Shown one piece after another: positions 1-10,075 of a stretch of DNA of 64,000 nt. Every line of letters starts with the position of its first letter. Position 1 is the first letter of the stretch. This stretch comes from an uncultured Bacteroidales bacterium (GTDB taxonomy: Bacteria; Bacteroidota; Bacteroidia; Bacteroidales; VadinHA17). The stretch is from the NCBI GenBank assembly GCA_963806555.1, contig CAWDYR010000029.1:25524-89523 (forward strand), given 5' to 3'. A program made the position numbers and the translations under genes. Under the pieces are notes generated by a model. That model was given only the letters and a program-made list of their open reading frames with translations, ran no database searches and was not told where the DNA came from.

Positions 1-559
1 TGTTGAGCTTCCTTCACAGCTGATGGAACACTGGGTAGAAGAACCAGAGGTTTTAAATATGTATGCAAAGCATTATGAGACAGGAGAAACAATACCTCAG
101 GCACTCGTAAAGAAATTGAAAAACAGCAGTTATTTCAACCAGGGATTTATTAATACCGAACTTCTGGCTGCCTCATTGCTTGATATGGCTTATTATACCC
201 TTGAAGCGCCGGTGAATATTGATATTCAGACTTTTGAAAAAGATTATTTCAAAAAGATCGGGTTGATACCTGAAATAGTTTCACGCTACAGAAGCACATA
301 CTTCCTTCATATTATTGATGGCTATGATGCAGGCTATTACAGTTATACATGGGCAGCTGTTCTTGACAACGACGCTTTCGAGGCCTTTAAGGAGAAAGGA
401 ATTTTTGACCAGTCGGTAGCTCAGTCGTACCGCAGGAACATACTTGAGAAAAACGGTATTATGGACGCAATGCAGATGTATATTAACTTCCGTGGCCGTG
501 AGCCTCAGATTGAACCGCTGCTCAGGAACCGCGGCTTAATCCCTGCGGCTAAAAACTAA
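1..559 (+). CDS. M3-family zinc metallopeptidase (peptidyl-dipeptidase Dcp / oligopeptidase A-like), C-terminal part; 5' end is outside the window
   Basis: The frame is open to the window edge (track ORF 23..559). The C-terminal sequence is typical of M3 peptidases (...GYDAGYYSYTWAAVLDNDAFEAF...INFRGREP...). Confidence 0.75.
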   Translation, partial: VELPSQLMEHWVEEPEVLNMYAKHYETGETIPQALVKKLKNSSYFNQGFINTELLAASLLDMAYYTLEAPVNIDIQTFEKDYFKKIGLIPEIVSRYRSTYFLHIIDGYDAGYYSYTWAAVLDNDAFEAFKEKGIFDQSVAQSYRRNILEKNGIMDAMQMYINFRGREPQIEPLLRNRGLIPAAKN

Positions 560-1398
560 AAAATCGCCCTGATCTCCTCAAGACTTACACCAAAGATTTG
601 ACGGGAGACGGAGTCAAGCTTTTTGATGTCGCCCGTTAAATGCATGGTATATTGAATATGAGCCAGACTTTCTCCCGGTTTTAAAGCAGCTGCCGGTGAA
701 GATGTCTCAAGTTCATAAAAGGGTCCCATCTGTGACCCGTCCTCAAGGGGACCATCGTTATAAGAGTTAAGGGCATCGCCCGAATAAGGATTTTCCTGTA
801 TCTGCCAGGCTGAATTTACATATTCAGGTGTACCTTCCGGTAATTTACATATAAGTACGGTAAGTATGTTGTTCTCAAAATCAAAACTGCCCATGATCCC
901 GGTTGCCCTTTTGGGCGAGAGGCCTATTTTACCCCTGCTCTTGCCATCGGCTTTGAAGTAAATATTATTACCTGCAATTTTAAGCCTGTCGCCTGAGATC
1001 TTACCGAAATAATTATCATTGACAGGTACGCCAAGTTCCTCTTCGCTTCCCTGACGGAACGGAATTATAACAGTCACAGCCGGAGAGGGAATGAACATTC
1101 CCAGCATCCAGATTGAAAGCAGGCCGCTCTCTTTTTTCCATTCATTAGTTCCCTTATTTATAAGGACATTTTTTGACCGGTAGGCAACACAATTCGCACT
1201 GCCGATATTAATTCCAGTCTCTTTCAGGACCTCCCCGGCTGAAAGAACTGTTACCTCCCTTTCGATCCCCAGCTTGAGTTCCGTGCCACTATAATTCACT
1301 ATTTCAGCTTCATGTGAAAATTTCACTGACAATCCCGGAAAGCTCGGTGACTTCATATGACAGTGTATCCAGGAAACCGGGAGTTTGCCAGTTATCAT
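556..1398 (-). CDS. same hypothetical lipoprotein, C-terminal fragment
   Basis: This 280-aa ORF overlaps the upstream fragment by ~90 nt in another frame. The sequence reads through sensibly if one base is removed near 1335. Confidence 0.55.
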   Translation of the reverse strand: MITGKLPVSWIHCHMKSPSFPGLSVKFSHEAEIVNYSGTELKLGIEREVTVLSAGEVLKETGINIGSANCVAYRSKNVLINKGTNEWKKESGLLSIWMLGMFIPSPAVTVIIPFRQGSEEELGVPVNDNYFGKISGDRLKIAGNNIYFKADGKSRGKIGLSPKRATGIMGSFDFENNILTVLICKLPEGTPEYVNSAWQIQENPYSGDALNSYNDGPLEDGSQMGPFYELETSSPAAALKPGESLAHIQYTMHLTGDIKKLDSVSRQIFGVSLEEIRAIF

Positions 1399-1798
1399 AA
1401 ATAAATTCAGTCCCTTTTCTAAAGAAGATTGAAAACTGACCTCCTTCCGGTCCCAGCCATATCCTCTCTTCGCCTCCGAAAGGATTTATGTGCAGCACTG
1501 TTTTTCCAGAAGAGATGAGATCGTGATTTATCCAGCCGAAGCTGAATCCCCTGTCTCCTTCCGATGTGCTGGTCATCACTCTTCCCTGCCATGCCGGAAC
1601 GATGGCAACTGAAGAATTCCCTTTTTTCAACTCTATAACCTTCACATGTTTCCTGAGAAAATCGAGGTTATACCCGTATTGTTTTGTACTGTCTGCTGTC
1701 ATTGCATTATTTTGATTGTTTTTGCTTCTTACATTACCTGAATTATTGCATGATGTGATGAAAAGAATGCAAATAGCTGCTGTTAAAAGTTTTTTCAT
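1310..1798 (-). CDS. hypothetical exported lipoprotein, N-terminal fragment (frame break near 1335)
   Basis: The internal ATG at 1798 gives the lipoprotein signal MKKLLTAAICILFITSC. The reading continues in ORF 556..1398 after a 1-nt shift at a C3/G3 run. No family was recognised by eye. Confidence 0.55.
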   Translation of the reverse strand: MKKLLTAAICILFITSCNNSGNVRSKNNQNNAMTADSTKQYGYNLDFLRKHVKVIELKKGNSSVAIVPAWQGRVMTSTSEGDRGFSFGWINHDLISSGKTVLHINPFGGEERIWLGPEGGQFSIFFRKGTEFIYDNWQTPGFLDTLSYEVTELSGIVSEIFT

Positions 1799-1898
1799 TT
1801 GCCTTATTTTTGCCTTTTTGGGAGAAATGGATCCGATCAACAATTATAACCGCTAAGATATTGATAATCGGATTATTTTTGTAAATATCTTTTTCATA

Positions 1899-2906
1899 AT
1901 GGGAGTGCGCCTTTGTGGATTGACTGCTGAAGAGATTTTCAGCCTTATCGGGCCTGCCGGATTTACAATGCCGCATGCAATTTCTATTGCCAATTCCCTA
2001 TATAAAAGGAGGATCAGTGAGATCACGGTGTTCCCGGGCATACCAAAAAAGCTTAAGGAGGAACTTGCCAGGGTTTCCAGTTCCGGACTATTTGAACCTG
2101 TTGTTTCTGAGAAGTCATCTGATGGTACAATTAAGTATCTATTCAGGAACCATGAAGGATTGGAGTACGAAACAGTATATATGCCAGCCGCTAAAAGAAG
2201 TACCGTGTGTGTATCAACCCAGTCGGGTTGCAGGATGGGCTGCCCTTTTTGCGTCACCGGAAAATTCGGATTTCATGGCAATTTGTCTGTGAATGATATT
2301 GTGAATCAGGTTATCAGCCTTCCAGGTACCGCGAAGATCACACATGTTGTGTTTATGGGAATGGGTGAACCGATGGATAATCTTGAGAATGTTCTTAAAG
2401 CGTGTAAGATTATTACCTCCGAATGGGGTCTCGCGGTCAGTCCGGGAAATGTAACCGTATCGACTGTGGGGATCACACCTGGTGTAATAAAATTTCTTGA
2501 GCAGTCTGACTGTAACCTGACACTCAGCCTCTATTCCCCGTTTCCCGGGGAGAGACAGGAAATTATACCTGTAGAAAAAAGGTACCCGGTTCAGGGGATA
2601 CTGGAAATAATGAAGAATTTTAAGATGGGTAAAAGGAGAAGGATGAGCATTGCCTATGTTATGATAAACAAGGTAAATGATACCGATAGTCATCTGAGGG
2701 AGCTTAAAAATATCCTGACGGGATCGGGTATAAGGGTTAACCTGCTTCCATATCATTCTGTTCCCGGAGACGGTAATATCACCTCAACACCTGAAAAGAT
2801 GCAGTATTTCAGGCATGAGCTGGTTATGTCAGGTATATCTGCATCAATCAGAAAATCAAGGGGACTTGATGTATCTGCAGCATGCGGTTTATTGGCGGGG
2901 GTATGA
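1899..2906 (+). CDS. rlmN: RlmN/Cfr-family radical-SAM rRNA/tRNA adenine methyltransferase
   Basis: Radical-SAM cluster motif GCRMGCPFC with an upstream conserved Cys (VCVSTQSGC). The C-terminal ...RKSRGLDVSAACGLL is typical of the RlmN/Cfr family. Confidence 0.8.
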   Translation: MGVRLCGLTAEEIFSLIGPAGFTMPHAISIANSLYKRRISEITVFPGIPKKLKEELARVSSSGLFEPVVSEKSSDGTIKYLFRNHEGLEYETVYMPAAKRSTVCVSTQSGCRMGCPFCVTGKFGFHGNLSVNDIVNQVISLPGTAKITHVVFMGMGEPMDNLENVLKACKIITSEWGLAVSPGNVTVSTVGITPGVIKFLEQSDCNLTLSLYSPFPGERQEIIPVEKRYPVQGILEIMKNFKMGKRRRMSIAYVMINKVNDTDSHLRELKNILTGSGIRVNLLPYHSVPGDGNITSTPEKMQYFRHELVMSGISASIRKSRGLDVSAACGLLAGV

Positions 2907-2962
2907 GACGAAGGATCATGTAAGACCCGTCTCTACCGTCACCCAATAAACCATATACTGTT

Positions 2963-3484
2963 TTATTTTTTATTTATCAGTTGGAACAAATATTCGTCAA
3001 GATAACCATCGGACGATTTAACCCAGTCTTTCTTGATCCCGGATTGTACAAACCCCTGTTTTTTAAAGAGATCCATACTTTCACAATTATTGGCGAGTAT
3101 GTTGCAGAAAAGCTGGTGCAGTTGCAATGTGCTGAAACAATAGTCAATAAGGCATTTGAGTGACATTGATGCCAATCCTTTTCTCCGGTATTCCTCATAA
3201 GCAATAAGAATGCCCAGCCCAGCCCTTTTATGGAACGGATCAAAATCAAAGATGTCAATTGTCCCGACAGTTGTTTTATCCGGAAGGTGGTCGATCATAA
3301 GCCTTAGCTGGCCGGTCTCATAAATATTCCTGTGAGAGTTTTCGAGGTAGCGTTTGAGGGTAAACCTCGAAAATGGTGTCACAGTATTGCTGATGGTCCA
3401 GTATGACTCATTATTCTCCCAGTCATAAAGAAGCTCAAGGTCCTCCGGTTCAAGAGCACGAAGTCTGATATCCTTATATTTCAT
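2963..3484 (-). CDS. GNAT-family N-acetyltransferase
   Basis: 173 aa with a RimJ/RimL- or spermidine-acetyltransferase-like layout (...GLGILIAYEEYRRKGLASMSL...). Confidence 0.75.
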   Translation of the reverse strand: MKYKDIRLRALEPEDLELLYDWENNESYWTISNTVTPFSRFTLKRYLENSHRNIYETGQLRLMIDHLPDKTTVGTIDIFDFDPFHKRAGLGILIAYEEYRRKGLASMSLKCLIDYCFSTLQLHQLFCNILANNCESMDLFKKQGFVQSGIKKDWVKSSDGYLDEYLFQLINKK

Positions 3485-3504
3485 AGGTGCATGTTTACGC
3501 CCGT

Positions 3505-6021
3505 CTACTTGTCTATAGCTATATTGATCTCCCTTATAAATGCATCCTCGTAGTCGTTCCTGACTGTTACAAGGGCTTCTTTTGCCTTTGCGATCGACGG
3601 ATACTCACCCCAGGTGTACTTATAGAATCCATCTTCGGCAACTACTTCCCTGACACCCTTATACCCCGGGAATATTTTCTCTATATTTAAAGGAGTCCTT
3701 GTTGCTTTCAGCTGAATGGTAAAGGCTTTTCTTGTCAATGTTGTTCCTCCGACAGTTGTTTCGGTAAGTGCAATTTCCGAATCGTTCTCAAGATCGTACT
3801 GGTTGATTATGTAAGAATCTTTCAGACCATTCTCCCTGAGGTATCCAAGGTATGTTACAGCATCAGGTCTGTTATAGAATACACCGAGGGCATAAAGGTT
3901 CAGGCTGTCGGTCTGTATGGTTCTTACGAACAGCATCTCGTCCTTTATCAAATTACTGAAATAACCGGGATAGAGTTTTTCTTTGGTCTGCATGAGCACA
4001 ATGCTGTATTTCATAGATGAGGGTTGGCGCAGATGCTGTGGAGTGTAGGCTTCCTGCCTCAGAACAACTCCTGTCTTTGGATTTACAATGCCGAATGTAA
4101 CCCTCCTGTTGTATTTTCTTCCCTCAGGATTATCGCTGCCATCGGCATTTGTGTTAACTGCTGCAAAATTTGTCTCTCCAAAAGCCTTCTTAATAAATTT
4201 TGAAGGGTCAATCCCGGAATTGGAGAAGTAATCTATAACAGCCTGTGCCCGTTTGTCCGCAAGCTTTTTGTTATAGGTTAGACTGCCCTTTGCGTCGGTA
4301 TATCCGGCAACTTCAATGGTCAGCTCCGGGTAATTGATCATTATGTTCTTAAGTAATTCAAGACTTGGTTTGGCGTCATCACCAAGAACAGAACTGTCGA
4401 ACTCAAACAGAACATTCTTTATTGAGAGGAAATCGCCGGCCGAAACCTTGTCAGGTTTCAGGGATGAGTTAACAGGCAGGTATTGCCCGCTGAAATAAAG
4501 GGGCAGACTTAGGTTGATCGTATCGGTATTATAGCCGTCGTGACTTACAAGAACCTGGTACTCACCTGGTTTTATCTCGAAATTAAAGGTTCCGTCGGAT
4601 GAAATGGGAATGTTCTGGATAACTTCGCCGGTCTTAAGGTTTTTTACTGTAATAAGAGTCACTTTAGGATCGACCTCCATTCCGTCCTCGAGTTTTATAC
4701 TACCTGATGCCCTTGTCAGTTCATCGGCGGGGTCGACTGCGACTATTGCATAAATATTTCTGACATTTGTTTTGGGATCAAAACGGCTTGCTACAAATCC
4801 CGGTGCATTATTATTGAGGATAAAATCCGTGTTTTCAATTACAGTGTTGAAAGCATAGGGCATTCCGACGGGCTGGGTCCAGGTACCGCCCCTGTCGATT
4901 GATCTGAATATATCGTATCCCCCGAGGCTCATATGTCCTACTGAGCTGAACAATAATGCATTATTCTCAGGATCAAAGTAAGGAGTGTTTTCATCATAGG
5001 GTGTGTTTATAACATCACCGCAGTTTACAGGCTTTTCCCATGAGCCATCGGCAGCTCTCTGGGATGTCCATATATCGAGTTCACCAATTCCGCCCCTCCT
5101 GTTGGTTGAGAAATACATTGTTTTTCCGTCCGGGGTAATAAATCCAAAATCTTCCCAGTAAACAGAATTCACATATTTGCCAACGCTTTTAATTTTAGTC
5201 CAGCTTGTACCATTCCTGGTACTGTAATACAGATTCCCGTCCCCGCCGTCATCCATGTAAAGGATCAGCATCTTACCATCGCCGGTAATCGAGTTTGTGT
5301 AAAACCTGTCATAACCACCAAGTTGGTCTGTAATGTTGGAAGGCTGTCCCCAGGTAGTGTTCTTATAAGAGCAGAAAACCTGTGTTTTTCCTTCACTCTT
5401 AACGGTGAAAATAAAAACAGAATCATTTTTTGCAAGGACCGGATTGCATGCTCCCGGATAGTCTTTAAGCCAGGGTGCAAAATAATCTGAAATGATCCTG
5501 AGCGGTCTCTTTTTCATTTCCATTGCATATCTGCAGTTTCTTATCTGCAGATCGATAAAATCTTCCTGGTATACTTCAGAGTCGGCAAGCCTTTTCTTTG
5601 AATCATTAAAGAATGTCAGCGCCTGCGGGAGACTGTCGCTGCGATGAAATGCGATTCCAAGGTATAAGTATGTGTCGAGTGGCGCCTTGTCTCCTGTCTG
5701 CTGGTATTCCTTATCGCTTGACACGACTCCCATCGAGGCTTTCTTTAACAGTTGTAAAGCATCATTGTTCCGTCCGTCAAGATTAAGATAGCATATTCCC
5801 AATTTGGCGGCAAGGTTGAAATTCTCAGGATGTTCCTTCACGAGCGGTTCATACAGTGATGCTGCTTTTACATAATTTTCGTCGTAATAATAGTACATGT
5901 CGGCATTCTGAATTGCTTTCAGGTAATCCTTCCTGGCTGTTTCCTGGGCTGAAAGCGGAATAAAACCTGATACTAAAATTGAAAAGACGAAAAACCTTCC
6001 AACTGAGTAAATGTGATTCAT
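3505..6021 (-). CDS. OmpA-family envelope protein: TPR + TolB/PD40-like beta-propeller + CarboxypepD_reg-like + OmpA-like + two SPOR-like modules
   Basis: Signal peptide followed by TPR-like helices and PD40-type repeats. The OmpA-like peptidoglycan-binding core is ...VAGYTDAKGSLTYNKKLADKRAQAV...NRRVTF. The C-terminus has two ~70-aa SPOR-like repeats. Confidence 0.8.
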   Translation of the reverse strand: MNHIYSVGRFFVFSILVSGFIPLSAQETARKDYLKAIQNADMYYYYDENYVKAASLYEPLVKEHPENFNLAAKLGICYLNLDGRNNDALQLLKKASMGVVSSDKEYQQTGDKAPLDTYLYLGIAFHRSDSLPQALTFFNDSKKRLADSEVYQEDFIDLQIRNCRYAMEMKKRPLRIISDYFAPWLKDYPGACNPVLAKNDSVFIFTVKSEGKTQVFCSYKNTTWGQPSNITDQLGGYDRFYTNSITGDGKMLILYMDDGGDGNLYYSTRNGTSWTKIKSVGKYVNSVYWEDFGFITPDGKTMYFSTNRRGGIGELDIWTSQRAADGSWEKPVNCGDVINTPYDENTPYFDPENNALLFSSVGHMSLGGYDIFRSIDRGGTWTQPVGMPYAFNTVIENTDFILNNNAPGFVASRFDPKTNVRNIYAIVAVDPADELTRASGSIKLEDGMEVDPKVTLITVKNLKTGEVIQNIPISSDGTFNFEIKPGEYQVLVSHDGYNTDTINLSLPLYFSGQYLPVNSSLKPDKVSAGDFLSIKNVLFEFDSSVLGDDAKPSLELLKNIMINYPELTIEVAGYTDAKGSLTYNKKLADKRAQAVIDYFSNSGIDPSKFIKKAFGETNFAAVNTNADGSDNPEGRKYNRRVTFGIVNPKTGVVLRQEAYTPQHLRQPSSMKYSIVLMQTKEKLYPGYFSNLIKDEMLFVRTIQTDSLNLYALGVFYNRPDAVTYLGYLRENGLKDSYIINQYDLENDSEIALTETTVGGTTLTRKAFTIQLKATRTPLNIEKIFPGYKGVREVVAEDGFYKYTWGEYPSIAKAKEALVTVRNDYEDAFIREINIAIDK

Positions 6022-6110
6022 TATGATAGTATTTATATTAACAAAAATACAGAATTTTCAGTGAATCAGTCACTTATTTATGTTTAAAATTTAGTAGTAA
6101 AAAGTGCTGA

Positions 6111-8312
6111 TTATTTCTTTATTAAAACACTTATTTCCCTGACCTGTGCATCACTGAATCCCGCAAGTCTGGTCCTCTCAAGCGCCGAACCGGCCTCTCC
6201 GGTCGATGTGTATCTTCCATAAAGGTAGTGGTAAAGCCCATCCATTTCTTTAGTCTCTTTTACACCTTTCAATCCTTCAAATGCAATATTAATATCGATT
6301 GGAGTCCGTGAAACCTTAAGCTCAATAGTGTAGTATTTCTGGTCAGGCACCGGCCTGTCACCGCTCATCCTGGTGACCTTTTTGATGAAAAGATCGTCGG
6401 GGTAACCCTTAAATATCAGGCTATCCTTGTGAACATAAGCTTCATCCTTATTATCAAACCTGCCGGTTGTATACCTGTAGAAGAGATCATTTTCATTATA
6501 AAGGACTTTTATGTCGGAGACATACTTAAAATACATGACATCCACAGGATTGTAAAGGGCCATTACCTGGACAGTATAGTACAGAAGTGTGGTATCTGCA
6601 AAATCGTTTTCAGTAACGTCAAGCACCTGCACGTTACGTATAAGTATAGACGGGTCGATTGATGAGACTTCGGGGATTTTGGAAAGATCTATCTTCTCAT
6701 ACACGATTGGCTTTGCCGGAGCATGTGTGTCGAGTATTATGTCTTTCAGCTCAATTACTTTTGAAGGATTATCCCTCAAAACCGTAGTATCGATGGTTTG
6801 TGAATAATAACCGGGTCCGGTATAAATAAGATGATATCCCCCGGGTCCTACTATAAAATTGTAATCACCGCTTTTCCGGTCGGGATACCCGATATCAAGA
6901 GTGTCTCCTGAGGTTTTATCGGTTATGTAAATGGAATTACTGTCATCGAATACAACAACTGTATCCTTGAGGCTGTAATTTCCTTTTATTTCGAAAATAC
7001 GGTTCAACCTGGGATTAGACAGGGTAATGTAAAATATCTCTTTCTTTTTGTCACCGGTAACCATCGAATAAAATCCATTTTCGTCATTATTGAACGGCTG
7101 GAAAAACCTGTCTTCATCAGTTGAATTTACAGGGAAACCAAGATTCTCAGGATCTCCCCATGAAGTGTCCGATCTCCGGCTTCTGAAAATATCATATCCG
7201 CCCATACCGTTATGTCCTTCGGAGGAGAAATAGAGTATTGAATCATTAATGGTGATAAAAGGAGTATCTTCGTTGAAAGCGGTGTTTATCTTATCCCCGA
7301 GGTTATTCGCAGGACCCCAGTCGCCCGACGTGTCCCTTTCCGAAACATAAATGTCAAGGCTTCCCAGACCACCTTCCCTGTTGCTTGTAAAATAGAGTTT
7401 TTTACTATCGGGGGAGATGGCTGCATGCGATTCGTAATACTTTGTATTGATATTTCTGTTAAGTTTCCTGATAGGAGTCCAGGAGTCGTTAATAAATTCG
7501 GAGGAATAAATATTTCCGTCAAAATTATCTGTTTTATAAAGCAGCAGGAATGTTCCGTCACTGTTAAGTGAACATGACGAGCAATCCTGACCTGATTTGA
7601 GCTGTGAATTAATTTCTACCGGAGGCTGCCATCTGCCGTTTATCTTTCTTGAAAATAAAATGGCATTATTTATGCCTCTGCGTTCAGTATAAACCATTGT
7701 ATTACCATCAAAACTAACGGCAGGATTCTCATTCAGGGATCCCTGGCTGAATTTTTCTTCGACAAGCTTTTTGCTGAAGGCAAACGGTGTTTCACGGATA
7801 GTCATCGCGTTTTCACACGCCCTGATCTGTTGATCGATGAAGGGAAGGTTCTTCATTCCTCCCTTGTCTTCTGTTTCAGCGGCAAGTTTTTTGAAAGTCT
7901 GGAATGTATTTAATGCTTTATCAAGCTGATAGTTGATCATGTATGATTTGGCGAGAAAGAAGTAAGAGTCGAGCGGCGCCCTTGTTTCCCTGAAGGAATT
8001 GACCCTTGCATCGTAGGATGAATGCTTTGCAGCGTTCTCAAGATAGGGTATTGCCTTGTCTTTCTCTCCCGGTATATTCAGATAGCAGGCTCCTATCTTA
8101 TACTGGATGTTGTAATTTTCGGGATTATCAAGACTAAGGTAAAGGGGAATAGCAAGTTCATACTCTCCGAAAAGATTCCTCGATTCAGCTTCTGCAAATT
8201 TCTTTTTCATCCCCGGATCGGGTTGCGCAACAACAGCAAAAGGTAGTGTAACCAGAATAATCAGCAGAAGAAGGTGGCCAGGTATCTTTGCTCCAGGGTG
8301 CCTATTTCCCAT
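6111..8312 (-). CDS. paralogous TPR + TolB/PD40-like beta-propeller + CarboxypepD_reg-like + two SPOR-like modules (no OmpA domain)
   Basis: Same domain order and clear sequence similarity to 3505..6021 (for example DIYVSERD.../DIWTSQRA..., GGYDIFRS in both). It lacks the OmpA-like segment. Confidence 0.7.
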   Translation of the reverse strand: MGNRHPGAKIPGHLLLLIILVTLPFAVVAQPDPGMKKKFAEAESRNLFGEYELAIPLYLSLDNPENYNIQYKIGACYLNIPGEKDKAIPYLENAAKHSSYDARVNSFRETRAPLDSYFFLAKSYMINYQLDKALNTFQTFKKLAAETEDKGGMKNLPFIDQQIRACENAMTIRETPFAFSKKLVEEKFSQGSLNENPAVSFDGNTMVYTERRGINNAILFSRKINGRWQPPVEINSQLKSGQDCSSCSLNSDGTFLLLYKTDNFDGNIYSSEFINDSWTPIRKLNRNINTKYYESHAAISPDSKKLYFTSNREGGLGSLDIYVSERDTSGDWGPANNLGDKINTAFNEDTPFITINDSILYFSSEGHNGMGGYDIFRSRRSDTSWGDPENLGFPVNSTDEDRFFQPFNNDENGFYSMVTGDKKKEIFYITLSNPRLNRIFEIKGNYSLKDTVVVFDDSNSIYITDKTSGDTLDIGYPDRKSGDYNFIVGPGGYHLIYTGPGYYSQTIDTTVLRDNPSKVIELKDIILDTHAPAKPIVYEKIDLSKIPEVSSIDPSILIRNVQVLDVTENDFADTTLLYYTVQVMALYNPVDVMYFKYVSDIKVLYNENDLFYRYTTGRFDNKDEAYVHKDSLIFKGYPDDLFIKKVTRMSGDRPVPDQKYYTIELKVSRTPIDINIAFEGLKGVKETKEMDGLYHYLYGRYTSTGEAGSALERTRLAGFSDAQVREISVLIKK

Positions 8313-8461
8313 TTAAGAAAGTTTAAGTAATCAAATTTATTAAAAAAATTGTCATTTTATTTAATGCTCTGAACTTATTTCTAAAATGGATCATATTGTA
8401 AAGTCTGACAAGTATTCCGGGAATAGTTTCCATCCGGTTAAGGCAGCCAGACCAAACCGGA

Positions 8462-9847
8462 TCAGATGGTGTCGGGAGCATAGTTTTCAAGAATATTTTT
8501 AAGCCTGTTAAGGAATTTCCCCGCAAGGGCGCCATCGATCACCCTGTGATCGTAACTTATTGACAATATCATGACATGGCGAATGGCAATGACATCTCCA
8601 TCGGGTGTCTCTATCACAGCAGGCACTTTCCTTACCGCCCCGGTTCCAAGGATCGCTACCTGAGGCTGATTTATTATCGGGGTTCCAGAAAGATTATTGT
8701 AGCTGCCGAAATTTGTGATTGTAAAAGTACCTCCTGATATTTCGTCGGGTTTAAGCTTGTTTTTCCTGGCTCTTTCAGCAAGGTCATTCACAGCTCGTGC
8801 CAGGCCTGTGAGGCTTTTTTCATTTGCATTTTTTATTACCGGGACAATCAGGTTACCGTCAGGCAGGGCGGTAGCCATTCCGATATTAATATTTTTCTTT
8901 TTTATTATCTTGTTCCCGTCAACAGAAATGTTCAGCATCGGGTACTCATAGAGTGTTCTGGCAATTGCATCGATAAAGATAGGAGTCAGGGTCAGCTTTT
9001 GTCCCTCGGCCTCAAGGAACTTATCCTTGATCCCATTTCTCCAGTGGACCATCCTTGTAACATCGGCGTCAATGAAAGAGGTAACATGCGCTGAAGTCCT
9101 TTTAGACATCACCATATGCTCGGCGATCAGCTTGCGGACCCTGTCCATTTCAATTACCTCATCTCCGGGTGTGATACTTTTTTTAGGTTCAGGCTTTAAT
9201 TCTTCAGTCTCCCCGCTTACCTCGGCAGTAATTTCAGGTTGTTCTGCAGGCTTATCGGTTTCCTCCGGTAATTCCTCGTCAGGAGCTTTGGTTTCCTCCG
9301 GTAATTCCTCTACAGGAGCTCCAGTTTCCTTCTTCTTTTCATCAATGAATTTCAAAACGTCATCCCTGGTTATCCTTCCATCCATTCCGGTACCTTTTAT
9401 CTTGTCGAGCTCGGAATAACTGATACCTTCCTTCACAGCCATGCTTCGGATAAGAGGCGATAAAAATTTTCCTGAGGGTGTACGGCTTTTCAGTTCCTGC
9501 GACGCCTTATTCTCTTCCTTTTTCTCCTGTTTTACTTCTTCAACAGTCTCCTGTATCCTTTCTACCTCCTTCTCAACCTTCTTTACATCTTCCGGAGTGG
9601 CCTCAACATTTACTTCAATAACCGCAATGGGAGCACCTACCTTCACAACTGATCCTTCCTGGGCAACTATTTCAGAAATAACACCTGCTGCCGGAGAGGG
9701 AACCTCGGTATCGACTTTGTCTGTTGCAATTTCAACGAGAGGATCTTCTTCCTTTACAGCCGTACCCGGCTTTACAAGCCATTTATTAATAGTTGCTTCG
9801 ATTACGCCTTCCCCCATCGCGGGAAGTACAATGTTTACTAATGCCAT
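8462..9847 (-). CDS. 2-oxo acid dehydrogenase complex E2 component (dihydrolipoyl acyltransferase)
   Basis: N-terminal lipoyl domain (VEIATDKV), a Pro/Glu-rich linker, an E3-binding segment, and a catalytic domain with DHRVIDG. Confidence 0.9.
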   Translation of the reverse strand: MALVNIVLPAMGEGVIEATINKWLVKPGTAVKEEDPLVEIATDKVDTEVPSPAAGVISEIVAQEGSVVKVGAPIAVIEVNVEATPEDVKKVEKEVERIQETVEEVKQEKKEENKASQELKSRTPSGKFLSPLIRSMAVKEGISYSELDKIKGTGMDGRITRDDVLKFIDEKKKETGAPVEELPEETKAPDEELPEETDKPAEQPEITAEVSGETEELKPEPKKSITPGDEVIEMDRVRKLIAEHMVMSKRTSAHVTSFIDADVTRMVHWRNGIKDKFLEAEGQKLTLTPIFIDAIARTLYEYPMLNISVDGNKIIKKKNINIGMATALPDGNLIVPVIKNANEKSLTGLARAVNDLAERARKNKLKPDEISGGTFTITNFGSYNNLSGTPIINQPQVAILGTGAVRKVPAVIETPDGDVIAIRHVMILSISYDHRVIDGALAGKFLNRLKNILENYAPDTI

Positions 9848-10075
9848 TTCTCTGTTTTTGTGATTATTACGTTTAATTCTCCTTACCCTTTCCCCGGCTG
9901 GAAATGGTTCTGGTGTGGTCGTTATCCTTCAGGGAAAACAGGTGTCAGAGATAAACCTCTCATTAAATTTAAAGTTTATACCTTTATAACAACCGTAAAT
10001 AAATATTGTTTGAATTTCAGAGCTGATTGTAAAACAGATTAATTCAGCATTTGCCATTAAAGTGGCCAGGGCTTT

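Noticed and set aside
1743-2756. Minus- and plus-strand overlapping ORFs around rlmN (1743..1976, 1853..2257, 1975..2292, 2214..2756).
   Set aside because: All are alternative-frame or antisense readings of the strongly supported radical-SAM gene or its upstream region, and none shows a family signal.
9027-9863. Two long + strand ORFs (130 and 140 aa) antisense to the E2 acyltransferase gene.
   Set aside because: They are Ser/Phe-rich low-complexity translations opposite a well-supported E2 gene and are an artefact of its Glu/Lys/Pro-rich linker codons.
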